A stretch of DNA of 64,000 nt from an uncultured virus (IMG/VR IMGVR_UViG_2841800567_000007). Lineage: Duplodnaviria > Heunggongvirae > Uroviricota > Caudoviricetes. The translations under genes were made by a program, and so were the position numbers. Below, piece by piece: positions 29,113 to 38,344 of the stretch (position 1 is the stretch's first letter; every line of letters starts with the position of its first letter). The DNA lies in the IMG/VR virus record IMGVR_UViG_2841800567_000007; one strand, given 5' to 3'. The notes under the pieces are model-generated. The model did not search any database. It saw only the letters and a list, made by a program, of their open reading frames with translations, and had not been told where the DNA came from.

Positions 29113-29683
29113 CCTGCTTTGCCTGCTCAACAGACTGGCGCTTTAACTCCTCTTCGTGGGCTATACGCTGGCGCTCGGCTTCGGCTTTAGCCTCTGCGCG
29201 TTCGCGGTCAATGTCTTTGTTCATCAGCAGAGCCAGCTCATGATCTGCTTCAAACCGTTCTGCTGCTGCTTTATCGTGAGTCGCGTTCATTTCCAGCGCT
29301 TCGGTATGCCATGCGATCATCTGCTCTTCAGCTTTAATCCGTTCCTGTTCAGCTTCCCATTCAGCACGAGGCGCAAGGATTGAATCTCGAATAGCATCAC
29401 ATTCACGAGTGAAGCGTCGTAATTCGTCTTCTGCTGGCTTTACAGCTTCTTTTAATCTCTTCAGATAAGCGCGACCCGGCTCTTCTATCGCCTTCTTGCT
29501 GCTGGCAACTTGCCGCGCCAGTGATCCGATTCGATCACGACCTTTTGCGGTAGTTACATCGGGCGTTTCTTTTGCCATGCTTCTGATGTGCTCAAGATAG
29601 CTATCCAGTCCATTTGGCACATACAGCGTTGGTGCCTGTTCTGGCTTGATTTCAAGCACTGCTAATTCCGTTGTTTCACTCAT
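29075..29683 (-). pseudogene. Coiled-coil phage protein, 3' truncated and fused into HNH DNA
   Basis: PDVTTAKGRDRIGSLA family; the E/A-rich coil stops abruptly. Confidence 0.6.
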
Positions 29684-29722
29684 TTTCCTCTCCTGCGGGC
29701 ATAAAGCGGATATTCCTCGCGG

Positions 29723-30487
29723 CTATGCTGCTGTGGTAATTGTGAGTGCACCTGATAATTTGCTTAAGCCTTTTGGCGTGACCAGCACCTGTTCAATCAT
29801 TTTCTCGGTCCCATCGCTTATGGCCACTACCGTCACTTTGTGTTCCAGCAGTTGTTGCTTAATCTTTGTCTGATAACCCAGCCAGTGTTTTCCTCCGGCA
29901 CGCTTGTAAATCCATTCGTTGCATTGCATCCAGTTAAAGAGTTTTTTAGGCTGAATCTGAAGGGTTTTGGCGACATCAGTGATGCATACAGAGCCATCAG
30001 ATTTGGCGATGCGTTCCAGTGCTTCAACATGTGGCTTCATTTCTTCAACCTGATGTTCCAGGGCGATGACTTTCTCAGTGTAGGTGAGAAGGGTTCCACG
30101 GAGGAATGCCGGGTCATTGAGTGCGTCAGCCATGTCAAAGGTTACTGGCGGCAATTTTCCTGACCTGAAATCGATAAATGTCTGGTTAACCTGCAAGCGG
30201 AAGGCGGGAGAAATCCATCCTGCGTATTCGACGGCAAGTAGCTCGTGTGCGAAGGTGCCGGGCGATGTACCACCTTTTGTTACTTTGATTACTTCCTGAC
30301 CTAAGGCGGAATTCTGCCTTAGCTCTGAAATCAGTTCCTGAGCCTGTTTTGTTTCCAGCCACGTCTTAGGTCGCTTTGCATCCTTGCCACCACTTGCCTT
30401 GTGCAGTGCATTAAGGTTGAAGCGTCCGGCATCGTCAGTGGTGATTTCTGTACCGCAAATAACGGGCTGTGAGATTAAATTTTGCAT
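29723..30487 (-). CDS. KilA-N/KilAC antirepressor
   Basis: GRFNLNALHKA, YAGWISPAF, QVLVTPKGL. Confidence 0.88.
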   Translation of the reverse strand: MQNLISQPVICGTEITTDDAGRFNLNALHKASGGKDAKRPKTWLETKQAQELISELRQNSALGQEVIKVTKGGTSPGTFAHELLAVEYAGWISPAFRLQVNQTFIDFRSGKLPPVTFDMADALNDPAFLRGTLLTYTEKVIALEHQVEEMKPHVEALERIAKSDGSVCITDVAKTLQIQPKKLFNWMQCNEWIYKRAGGKHWLGYQTKIKQQLLEHKVTVVAISDGTEKMIEQVLVTPKGLSKLSGALTITTAA

Positions 30488-30551
30488 GTGAGAATACCTC
30501 AATAGTTAAATTGATGAAGATGGAACCCCGGCACGTTACCGGGGTGGGGGG

Positions 30552-31157
30552 TTAATTGATTCTGGGTTTCTGTCCGGGAAGTAACTTTCCGTTCAGGCTT
30601 TTTTCAACATGGCGGAGAAATATATATCCATCGCCGAAGCGGTCATGCAGGCGACCAGCAAGGGGAGATTCTATTTTTCGCCGTGCGGGTTCAATCTGAT
30701 AGCGCCATGCGTCGAACATCACCAGGTAATGTTTAACGAGCGCGTTGATGTTGTAGGCGTCGGTTTCTTCAGGGGCAATGTTTTGTGCTACAGGCGTTGC
30801 TTTCTGTATTAGCTGGGTTTCCATGCGGTTAAACTCCGCGATGTAGGCTTCCTTGAACGCTGCTGCCTTTTTTCCCGTGAAGCCCATGACGAGGAAGACG
30901 AAGCCGTCTTTGGTCATTTCGTAATATTTGGAGTCACGATTTACGACGCCAGCCTTTATGTTTTCTACGTGGACTGAAAAGTTAGCCAACGCGAATTCAG
31001 GTGAACAATCCAGCGATTCGATTTTCTGGATTACGTTCTTATGCAGCTTATGGAAATACTCGGCGACGGCTTGTGAAGTGGTGACAGCTTTGCCATTGTG
31101 GATAAAAACGGTTGGGGCATGAGTTGTGGCAGTGATTGCCAAAGTAGAAGTAGTCAT
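30552..31157 (-). CDS. Rha-family regulator
   Basis: VTTSQAVAEYF, MTKDGFVFLVMGFTGKKAAAFKEAYI. Confidence 0.9.
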   Translation of the reverse strand: MTTSTLAITATTHAPTVFIHNGKAVTTSQAVAEYFHKLHKNVIQKIESLDCSPEFALANFSVHVENIKAGVVNRDSKYYEMTKDGFVFLVMGFTGKKAAAFKEAYIAEFNRMETQLIQKATPVAQNIAPEETDAYNINALVKHYLVMFDAWRYQIEPARRKIESPLAGRLHDRFGDGYIFLRHVEKSLNGKLLPGQKPRIN

Positions 31158-31438
31158 TGCTATGATCCTTTTTCAGAGGAACCTGAAAGGCCCAGGCGGC
31201 CGAGTGCTGAAAACTTGTCATAGTCAAGCGGGTTTATTCCCCGTAATACTTACGGGTATTGTATTCGCCCACACTCGGCCATATCTGAAATATGGACGCA
31301 AAAAAACCGCATCTGATCGGGTGCGGGTTGCCGCTATGAAGGTGTTTTCAGCACCTGCACGCAATCTACCGCAACCATACACTGGCGTCAATCCCCAACC
31401 CGGGTTAGAATCCCGTCCATCATCAGGAGGATTTATTT

Positions 31439-31846
31439 ATGGCACAGGTTGCATTTGACACACTGAAATTCGTTGAAACCCTCGAAGGTGCTGGCCTGCC
31501 TAAAGAGCAGGCTAAGGCTATTTCGCTTGCGGTTCGTGATTCTCACGAGGCAGTTGATGTTGCGACCCGGCGCGATCTTGGCGATGCTAAAAAAGAGCTT
31601 TCATCCGAAGTTACAGTCGTTAAGCGCGAACTTGAAGATGTCCGCAAAGAGCTGAAGTCTGATATTGCTCTGGTGCGCACTGAAATCGCCGATGTCCGCA
31701 AGGACCTTAGTGCTGAAATCGCCGATGTCCGCAAGGACCTTGAAGCAAAAATCGATAAGTTAAGCCTCCAGCTTACTGTCAGACTCGGCGGTATGCTTGT
31801 CGCCGCCATTGGCGTGCTCGTTGCCCTCACCAAACTCCCTTTCTGA
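31439..31846 (+). CDS. DUF1640 coiled-coil protein with C-terminal TM
   Basis: FDTLKFVETLEGAG..EQA, 11-aa repeats (33-bp tandem at 31681-31741), TM tail. Confidence 0.85.
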   Translation: MAQVAFDTLKFVETLEGAGLPKEQAKAISLAVRDSHEAVDVATRRDLGDAKKELSSEVTVVKRELEDVRKELKSDIALVRTEIADVRKDLSAEIADVRKDLEAKIDKLSLQLTVRLGGMLVAAIGVLVALTKLPF

Positions 31847-31967
31847 CGCACCCGTACTTTCCGTCAACCATCGGTGAGCAACATCGTCATGCTGTCAAAG
31901 TGGTGGCATTCGGTTGCTACTCGTAATTAATCTTCTGGACGTGGATTCATCTTCTCTCCTTACCGGG

Positions 31968-32222
31968 TTATTTTCGGTCTTGTGATTTCTGCATGTCTTT
32001 TACTCGGTATCTTCTTACCTCCGTTTCATCAACGCCGCAGCAAATACAAAGACAAACCTCTTCCATCTGTTCGTGAGTCACATTGGTGGCAGGTATTTTT
32101 ACAGGCACATCCACCCACGAATTTGACCTCAGGCGTCCAATTACTTTGTGAACGAACATCTCATTAGGAGCGTAATATCGTTTTTGCTCTGTCAGAGCGT
32201 AATCCCCGAAATCAAAGCTCAT
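31968..32222 (-). CDS. Hypothetical protein
   Basis: Strong GGAGG RBS; in the leftward operon. Confidence 0.55.
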   Translation of the reverse strand: MSFDFGDYALTEQKRYYAPNEMFVHKVIGRLRSNSWVDVPVKIPATNVTHEQMEEVCLCICCGVDETEVRRYRVKDMQKSQDRK

Positions 32223-32272
32223 TTCCCCTCCTGATATTAAGGCGTAAAAAAGCCGCTTATGCGGCCTGTTAT

Positions 32273-32503
32273 CTAAAATATCGCTACAATTCGATGGTTT
32301 TTGCTTCCGTCAAGATGTTTACCATCCGCAGCGGCGAACATGGTTTTAATATTATTAGCACCAATTTGGGTCATAATATTTCTTATTTTATATTCGTATT
32401 TCTTGTGGGTATCTATATGAACGAAAGCGCCAATGCAGCATACCGATTCAACCCGCACTCCTGCTTTTTCAAGCAGACTTTTCAATTTTTCATTTCTGTT
32501 CAT
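32273..32503 (-). CDS. Hypothetical protein
   Basis: Starts directly after the N-like gene; followed by a terminator hairpin. Confidence 0.55.
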   Translation of the reverse strand: MNRNEKLKSLLEKAGVRVESVCCIGAFVHIDTHKKYEYKIRNIMTQIGANNIKTMFAAADGKHLDGSKNHRIVAIF

Positions 32504-32504
32504 A

Positions 32505-32792
32505 TCAGATAATCCCTCTTGGAGGTGAAGATTTTCCGCACGTCTTCTGCTTTGCGTTAATCGTCCGGCCTGCTTCGTTAAGCACTTTCCGGTATTTCGG
32601 ATTCTCACAGTTGACGGCCTGCTCAGTGTCTTTAATGCAGCGCCAGTTGGCTGAGTGGTTGATTGCACGGTCTACGTGGCTGGTGCAGCCTGTTAGCGCC
32701 GCTGATATTTTCCTTTCGAACCTTAACTCTGATGTTTTCTCTGCCCGGTGCGCTGCTGCACGAGCCGCATTCTTTTGCTTGTTGCGTGGCAT
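32505..32792 (-). CDS. N-like early antiterminator
   Basis: First gene after nutL and an RNase III-type stem; RAEK, RKIxxxLxGC and QK..GK motifs resemble phage 21-type N. Confidence 0.65.
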   Translation of the reverse strand: MPRNKQKNAARAAAHRAEKTSELRFERKISAALTGCTSHVDRAINHSANWRCIKDTEQAVNCENPKYRKVLNEAGRTINAKQKTCGKSSPPRGII

Positions 32793-32901
32793 ATGGACTC
32801 CTGTAATTGGCTTTGCTGATGCAGTGCCGCGTTGCTGATCATCGCGGTTGCGCTTTCTCACGCTGCATTTCACTGCATCACAAAACCAACTGCGTTTTGT
32901 C

Positions 32902-32936
32902 GGGGTGTATCACCCCATCCTGATTGTTAAAGAGCG
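32902..32936 (-). promoter_or_regulatory. nutL (boxA plus boxB hairpin)
   Basis: CGCTCTTTAACAA (32924-32936), then GGGGTG-ATA-CACCCC. Confidence 0.8.
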
Positions 32937-33130
32937 GTCAGCTTGTAGCGGTGTGTCGTGCTGATGGCTACATTAAAAACCTTAGTTGTTTTATTGTCAA
33001 AAACAATTGTTTTTATTTTTCATGCGATTGGTTTTATTTGGTTGTTTTTAGTGTGTTTATTTTTTTGTAAATGCCATCCTTGCGGTGTCGTGATAGGCTG
33101 TTTTGGTCGAAATATGAGCAAGGAATATGT

Positions 33131-33304
33131 ATGGATATGGAAGAGGCGCGCGAAGCCGTGGTGAGGGTTATCGGTGAAGCGGTTATTCAGCTGCTGGCAG
33201 AGGGAAGGGCGCTAACTAAAGAGGGGATAGCTGAGATGGTGTCAATGCTGGCAGGTGATGAGCCGGATTTAGCGGTGGAGTTTGCGCTGGGTATGCTGAG
33301 GTGA
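33131..33304 (+). CDS. Small hypothetical moron protein
   Basis: MDMEEAREAVVRVIGEAVIQLLAEG; RBS present. Confidence 0.55.
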   Translation: MDMEEAREAVVRVIGEAVIQLLAEGRALTKEGIAEMVSMLAGDEPDLAVEFALGMLR

Positions 33305-33333
33305 CAGGCAAAAACTCCCGGCATGGGGCCGGG

Positions 33334-33717
33334 TTAATCTTTATCGTTTTTCCCAGTAGGAAATAGTCCACGAATTACACCCAAGAAGGCTGCAAATAAA
33401 TTAAGGGTTGAGGCGGTTGTGACTGCTCTTAGCACTTTGTCAGAAAAAATCTCTTTCCCTACAGCCTTGCCAATAGCAGATAGCAAGAGGACAGTCGCCC
33501 ACCAATAGAGTCCGTATTTGGCTACCTTGTACGCTTTATGGGCGAAAATTTTTCTTAGCTTGCGGGTGTTTTTTAGACCAGAAAGTTTTTCGCCTTCCAT
33601 GGCGTCTTTTGTTCCGGTTTCTATCTTGGCTTCTGCATCGTCTAAGAAGTTTGGCCCGCTATCAGGGTCAATAGTCGAGGGTATTAAAACGCCGCTTATC
33701 CTATCTAAATCTGACAT
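33334..33717 (-). CDS. Two-TM protein, candidate Panacea-associated toxin
   Basis: Two hydrophobic helices; coupled to the restored stop of the DUF4065 gene. Confidence 0.6.
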   Translation of the reverse strand: MSDLDRISGVLIPSTIDPDSGPNFLDDAEAKIETGTKDAMEGEKLSGLKNTRKLRKIFAHKAYKVAKYGLYWWATVLLLSAIGKAVGKEIFSDKVLRAVTTASTLNLFAAFLGVIRGLFPTGKNDKD

Positions 33718-34188
33718 TAGTGAATGTGATTGGCCATGTCGTCAAAAGAAATAGGACCACCGTCTGGGTTCCCCCGACTCCAAGCTGCAGAGCTTGCATG
33801 TGTCATATTCGATAGTTGAGTGGCAGAAAAACTTACCATAAATCTCAACGATTTTATCAATAAGAGCGCACGCGATATGATCGTCTGGCTGCACTGATGG
33901 TGTCAGTGCCGTTACATCACTACCAGATACCTCGATTTTCCTTATCTTTTTATCAATAGGCGAAGACCCATACCTTTTTAGCTCATGATAGAGATTGGGG
34001 ATAACGGGGCCAAATTTCCAACGCATAAAACTTTCTTCAAACAAGGTTTTACCGTCATAGAGTTTCAAGTGCCATGACTGAACATAGAAAAGAAGTTTTT
34101 GCAATTTCATTGGCGTAAGGTCAGGTACCTGCCTTTTAATTGCCTTCTCAATGAAGGCGTTAGCTACTGCGGTAGCAGAATAAGCCAT
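33717..34188 (-). pseudogene. Panacea (DUF4065/SocA/GepA) antitoxin with a +1 frameshift
   Basis: VANAFI, LTPMKLQKLLFY, WKFGPV..LY; LSNMTH..W continues in another frame after the A5 run at 33827-33831. Confidence 0.85.
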
Positions 34189-34506
34189 GATGTGCCTCCT
34201 TTGGGTTTAAATTTAGACAATAACATCCAGCTCCAGAAGGAAAACATCACTCCCAGAACTCACTGTATGTTTGAACAGTGTATTTTCTTACAACGATTAT
34301 ATCATGTGTAAAAATTTACGGCATAAATATAAGTTATTTATTATCAACGCGATATGAATTTAATGTAGTGCCACTACCGCAATATTGTTGTAAATGCAAG
34401 GTTGAAAGATAGTTAGTTTTATGAGGAAGCATAAATCAATGTTAGCTCGTGCTCACCCGAACGCCTCACCAGGCCACTGTATGTACGCAATGCAGACCAG
34501 CACATA

Positions 34507-34713
34507 TCAAACACCATCATGCACACGATCAGCCACACGATAAATGAGGTAAGCTACTACGAATCCTAGGCAAGACAATCCAGCCCAAAGATATCTCATC
34601 TGCGATTCTGACATTGCTACAAACCAGAAAAGCAGCGCTATGGTTGCAATTATGATGCAGTCGCTAATGCCAGCTATGCCGCGAGATGCCAGAATTCTTA
34701 AAAATCTCTTCAC
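34507..34713 (-). CDS. Small two-TM protein
   Basis: GTGA overlap with the upstream gene; two hydrophobic segments. Confidence 0.65.
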   Translation of the reverse strand: MKRFLRILASRGIAGISDCIIIATIALLFWFVAMSESQMRYLWAGLSCLGFVVAYLIYRVADRVHDGV

Positions 34714-35354
34714 CTGCGAACCTTTTGTAAGAAATAACGCGATACTTCGTCGAAGAGAGGGCGATTTTGCCGCCATAGTGAAAAGGCCGCCTCAAATGGT
34801 TGAACTCTCTTTTCCATTAAAAAATACAGCAAATCCAAATCCCCAAGCCGCCTTAGATGGTTATGCAGCTCAGGATCTCTTTTGCTCAACTCTCTGGAGG
34901 TATATATTGCTCTGGCCTGAAGTGCGCCGAGAGAAAGCATGGATGAGAATGAGAAACCTATCAGCATCTTAGCAACCATCCTGTCAGCGAACATAGTTCC
35001 AATATTTCCCAGAATCATACGATTCATTATGACGCTACCTGAAATACTTCCAGCGAAATTTGTACCTGCACTTTTCAGTTTATTAACATCGACTTTATCG
35101 AGGTAGCGATCAATGATTATGTTGGCTATTTTTTGTAGGTTTTTTCGGTTTGCATAGCCATTTTTAACGAGCCTGATGCATCGTTCACCATCAAAGCTGT
35201 TGGGTGATCTGTTATCTGTATCAAGAAAGCTGCGGCCCAGGTAAAACAAATCAACAGGCAGTTCGAGTGCGCCACCTGCGAATGATTTTAAAAAATTACT
35301 GTTTACATTGATGGACTCAACCATATCATCGGCAAGTCTCTTTGCGTTTATCAT
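34710..35354 (-). CDS. Hypothetical 214-aa protein at the rex position
   Basis: AT-rich ORF with RBS downstream of cI; central hydrophobic Gly/Ser-rich stretch. Confidence 0.75.
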   Translation of the reverse strand: MINAKRLADDMVESINVNSNFLKSFAGGALELPVDLFYLGRSFLDTDNRSPNSFDGERCIRLVKNGYANRKNLQKIANIIIDRYLDKVDVNKLKSAGTNFAGSISGSVIMNRMILGNIGTMFADRMVAKMLIGFSFSSMLSLGALQARAIYTSRELSKRDPELHNHLRRLGDLDLLYFLMEKRVQPFEAAFSLWRQNRPLFDEVSRYFLQKVRR

Positions 35355-35447
35355 AAAATCCCTTTCAATTTAGATAGTTGCCATCTGTTATATCTTCAGG
35401 TAGTTAGCTTTTAATCTCACCCGAACGCCTCATCCGGCAGCTGGGGG

Positions 35448-36179
35448 TTAGCGGCGATACCTGATAACCGAGTACCAGAACACGAAGCCAACAATCTCAA
35501 CACCTGATTCATCAGCCATCTCATCTGGGTGTTCATCCCGGTTAAAGCTTCGAATTTCAAGCTTGCCACCCGGTCTGCGATAAAGCTGCTTGATGCGCTT
35601 GAATCCGTCCTGGTTGATAGCATACAACTCGCCATCAACAATGCGTTTGTTGTTCACGTCTACTGCGACAGTCGCACCGTCCGGGATTACTGGCTCCATG
35701 CTGTTTCCCCTTGCTGGAAAGCAGAGAACGCCAGAACCATCCGTTTTAGCGCCAACCCGGCGCAAGGTTGCTTTTGAAAATCTCAACTTAAAGCCGTTGT
35801 AGTCCTCATCCGCGCAGCGTCCATCGCCACACGCAAATTCGATATCCCTCAGAAAAGGCACTTCGACCTCATCATTTGGAAGATGGGTGTTACTATCCCA
35901 TGCGTCAACACCAACCCATTCACTTTCAGGCGGAATCGTGGAGTCAGGGTGGTGGACTGGAATTTCCGGGCCCCTCATTGGGCCAGAGCCCGATGAAAGC
36001 CACTCAGGCCTGACACCCAAAGATTTAGCAATTTCAGTGAGTTTCGTTGTTTCCTTGGCTTTGCCAACCTCAATTTTTTGAATTGCAGCCTGGCTTATAC
36101 CAATGGATTCCCCAAGTGACTTTTGTGAAAGCCCCTTTTCCTTTCTGGCTAATTTTAATCGTTCTGCAAGTGTTTTCAT
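35448..36179 (-). CDS. cI: CI repressor (HTH plus S24 peptidase)
   Basis: SQAAIQKIE recognition helix, ACG cleavage site, GNSMEP, RIKQL. Confidence 0.93.
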   Translation of the reverse strand: MKTLAERLKLARKEKGLSQKSLGESIGISQAAIQKIEVGKAKETTKLTEIAKSLGVRPEWLSSGSGPMRGPEIPVHHPDSTIPPESEWVGVDAWDSNTHLPNDEVEVPFLRDIEFACGDGRCADEDYNGFKLRFSKATLRRVGAKTDGSGVLCFPARGNSMEPVIPDGATVAVDVNNKRIVDGELYAINQDGFKRIKQLYRRPGGKLEIRSFNRDEHPDEMADESGVEIVGFVFWYSVIRYRR

Positions 36180-36190
36180 TTTCTCAAACT

Positions 36191-36251
36191 ACAACTCTGG
36201 TTGTATTTATTCAAACAAACATGGTTGTTGATTATTAACAACTATAGTTTT
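36191..36251. promoter_or_regulatory. OR operators of prophage 2 (434-like 14-mers)
   Basis: ACAACTCTGGTTGT 36191-36204, ACAAACATGGTTGT 36215-36228, ACAACTATAGTTTT 36238-36251; related AAAACCTTAGTTGT at 32976-32989 (OL). Confidence 0.75.
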
Positions 36252-36281
36252 ATAGTTCGCATTAAAACGAGGTAGGTTGTT

Positions 36282-36509
36282 ATGAATGAAGCCATAAAAA
36301 CCGCCATCGGAATCGTCGGTTCTCAAAAAAAACTTGGGGATGCCTGCGGTCTTACACAGCAGGCTGTTTATAAATGGCTCCACGGGAAGGCAAAGGTTTC
36401 TCCAGAGCACGTTGAAAGCATCGTTGATGCCACTGGTGGGGCTGTAATGGGTCATCAAATCCGGCCTGATTTGCCGAAATTGTTCCCTAATCCGAACCAG
36501 GCAGCATAA
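36282..36509 (+). CDS. cro: Cro (YdaS-like)
   Basis: GSQKKLGDACGLTQQAVYKWL...IRPDL; divergent from cI. Confidence 0.88.
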   Translation: MNEAIKTAIGIVGSQKKLGDACGLTQQAVYKWLHGKAKVSPEHVESIVDATGGAVMGHQIRPDLPKLFPNPNQAA

Positions 36510-36516
36510 GCACTAA

Positions 36517-36553
36517 CGCTCTTTAAACAATCTGGCTGCGGGTGTTTCACCCC
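36517..36553 (+). promoter_or_regulatory. nutR (boxA plus boxB hairpin)
   Basis: CGCTCTTTA, then GGGTG-TTT-CACCC after cro. Confidence 0.78.
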
Positions 36554-36620
36554 AAACCAACAGTGGCATTAGCTACGGCTTTGTCACGTCACAACTAATC
36601 AACAGGAAGAATTATCACAG

Positions 36621-36926
36621 ATGGAAATTGCAAAATACCGCAAAAAAGCGTCTCGCATTGAGTCGCAGTTGCTGGGGAAGCTGGCCGTTATGGGTCAGAC
36701 ACGTTTCGCAAAGCTTATGGGTTTAACGGACACGAAAGTAAGCAGGATGAAAGACGGGTTCTTTCAGCAGGCAGCAATGGCTATTGCAATTCTGGAGTAC
36801 GGAGTGGACGACACAGAGGTGTTTGAAATAGCCAAACGGATACTCGCAGCAATCCCGCAGATACAAAAGCAAAAAGCCCCGGCTGCACGAACAGCTGAGG
36901 CTTCTCAGATATCAATGTCTTTCTAA
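36621..36926 (+). CDS. cII: CII-family activator
   Basis: RIESQLL..LA..GQ...A...G....VSRMK; C-terminal QISMSF. Confidence 0.85.
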   Translation: MEIAKYRKKASRIESQLLGKLAVMGQTRFAKLMGLTDTKVSRMKDGFFQQAAMAIAILEYGVDDTEVFEIAKRILAAIPQIQKQKAPAARTAEASQISMSF

Positions 36927-36944
36927 CAATGTCTGGAGATAAGT

Positions 36945-37646
36945 ATGCCAGGAATTATCACTACGGGCAACACTACCCTTATTGGTACTGATGAGCTTCT
37001 CGTAATCGTCAATCAGTCAAGGGCAGAACATGGCGAAAGCGCTGTGCGGAATAACGATTTCATCGTACGGGTTAAAGATGAGCTCGAAGGTGAGCACTAC
37101 GAAACTTTCGTAGTTCAAAATCCGAACGGAACTAAATCAGAACAGCTTCGACTTTCCAACGACCATGCGGTTTTGGTTGGCATGAGGGAATCAAAAGCAG
37201 TTCGCCGTACGGTACTGGCGAAACTGAAAGCAAAGCAACCATTGCCTTTGCCTCAGACGCTTCCAGAAGCACTACGACTGGCAGCCGACCTGGCTGAGGA
37301 AAAGCAGGTTCTCGAAAACCAGCTCGCTATCGCAGCTCCGAAGGCTCAGTTTGTCGACAGCTACGTGAGCGCAAGCGGATCACTTGGTTTCCGAGAAACC
37401 TGCAAGCTGCTCCACATCAAAGAGAACGCTTTTCGCCAGTTTCTCCTGGATAGCCAGATCATGTACGTGCTGGCCGGAAAGATTACTCCTTACTCACAAC
37501 ATATCGACGCCGGGCGGTTCACCGTTAAAACCGGAGAGAACCAGCTTAACGGACACGCATTCACTCAGGTTAAATTCACGCCGAAAGGCATCCAGTGGAT
37601 CGCCGGCCTTTGGTCCGCTCATCAGGTACAGGTAAAAGCAGCATGA
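36945..37646 (+). CDS. KilAC-domain antirepressor (Roi-like)
   Basis: VGMRESKAVRR, PQTLPEALRLAADL, APKAQFVD, FTPKGIQWI. Confidence 0.85.
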   Translation: MPGIITTGNTTLIGTDELLVIVNQSRAEHGESAVRNNDFIVRVKDELEGEHYETFVVQNPNGTKSEQLRLSNDHAVLVGMRESKAVRRTVLAKLKAKQPLPLPQTLPEALRLAADLAEEKQVLENQLAIAAPKAQFVDSYVSASGSLGFRETCKLLHIKENAFRQFLLDSQIMYVLAGKITPYSQHIDAGRFTVKTGENQLNGHAFTQVKFTPKGIQWIAGLWSAHQVQVKAA

Positions 37647-38344
37647 GTATGAACTTAATGGCTAAAGCCATGAGCATCACCGTTGGCAATCCATTGAGAA
37701 AGTTAGTGCTGATAAAGCTGGCAGACAATGCTCATGACAGGGGAGAGTGCTGGCCTTCCTATCAGCATATCGCGGATCAATGTGAAATTAGTAAGAGATC
37801 AGTGATGCGACACATAGATGATTTATGTGAATGCGGGCTGCTCAGAAAGGAATATCGATCAGGTCCAAAAGGGAATTCAAGCAACATTTATCATCTCGTT
37901 TTATGTGGTGACACAGAGTCACCACCTGGTGTCAGAAAGTTACCGGGGGTAGTGACACAGAGTCACCCACCTGGTGACACAGAGTCACCCAGAACCAGTC
38001 ACTCTTTTGAACCAGTCATAGAACCTAAAGAAACACCAGTCGCTCACGCTCCCCATAACAATCAACTCGACGTTTCTCGTTACGCCTTTGAAGGCAATGT
38101 CGTGAAGCTTAACCACGCCGATTTTAAGTTGTGGGCCGATCTCTACTCAAGCATCGATCTGGTGTACGAGCTTCAGAAGCTGGATATCGAGTTCAGCCAC
38201 GACAAGCCAAAAAACTGGTTTATCACTGCAAGTCAAAAAATTAGCTACCAGAACAAGCAGGCCGTGAAGCTCGGTATTAAACCCGGATCTGTGCAGCAAA
38301 CCCCACACTGGAATAGCCGTGAGGGCTGGGAGGATTTCATATGA
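37643..38344 (+). CDS. Replication initiator (HTH_36, O-like)
   Basis: GNPLRKLVLIKLADNA...WPSYQHIADQCE; internal iterons. Confidence 0.85.
   Translation: MSMNLMAKAMSITVGNPLRKLVLIKLADNAHDRGECWPSYQHIADQCEISKRSVMRHIDDLCECGLLRKEYRSGPKGNSSNIYHLVLCGDTESPPGVRKLPGVVTQSHPPGDTESPRTSHSFEPVIEPKETPVAHAPHNNQLDVSRYAFEGNVVKLNHADFKLWADLYSSIDLVYELQKLDIEFSHDKPKNWFITASQKISYQNKQAVKLGIKPGSVQQTPHWNSREGWEDFI
37907..37990 (+). repeat. Replication origin iterons of prophage 2
   Basis: GTGACACAGAGTCACC three times plus one degenerate copy. Confidence 0.8.

Noticed and set aside
37907..37990. Possible CRISPR-like repeats (also 8408-8558)
   Set aside because: Spacers only a few bp, inside replication genes, no cas genes; these are iterons
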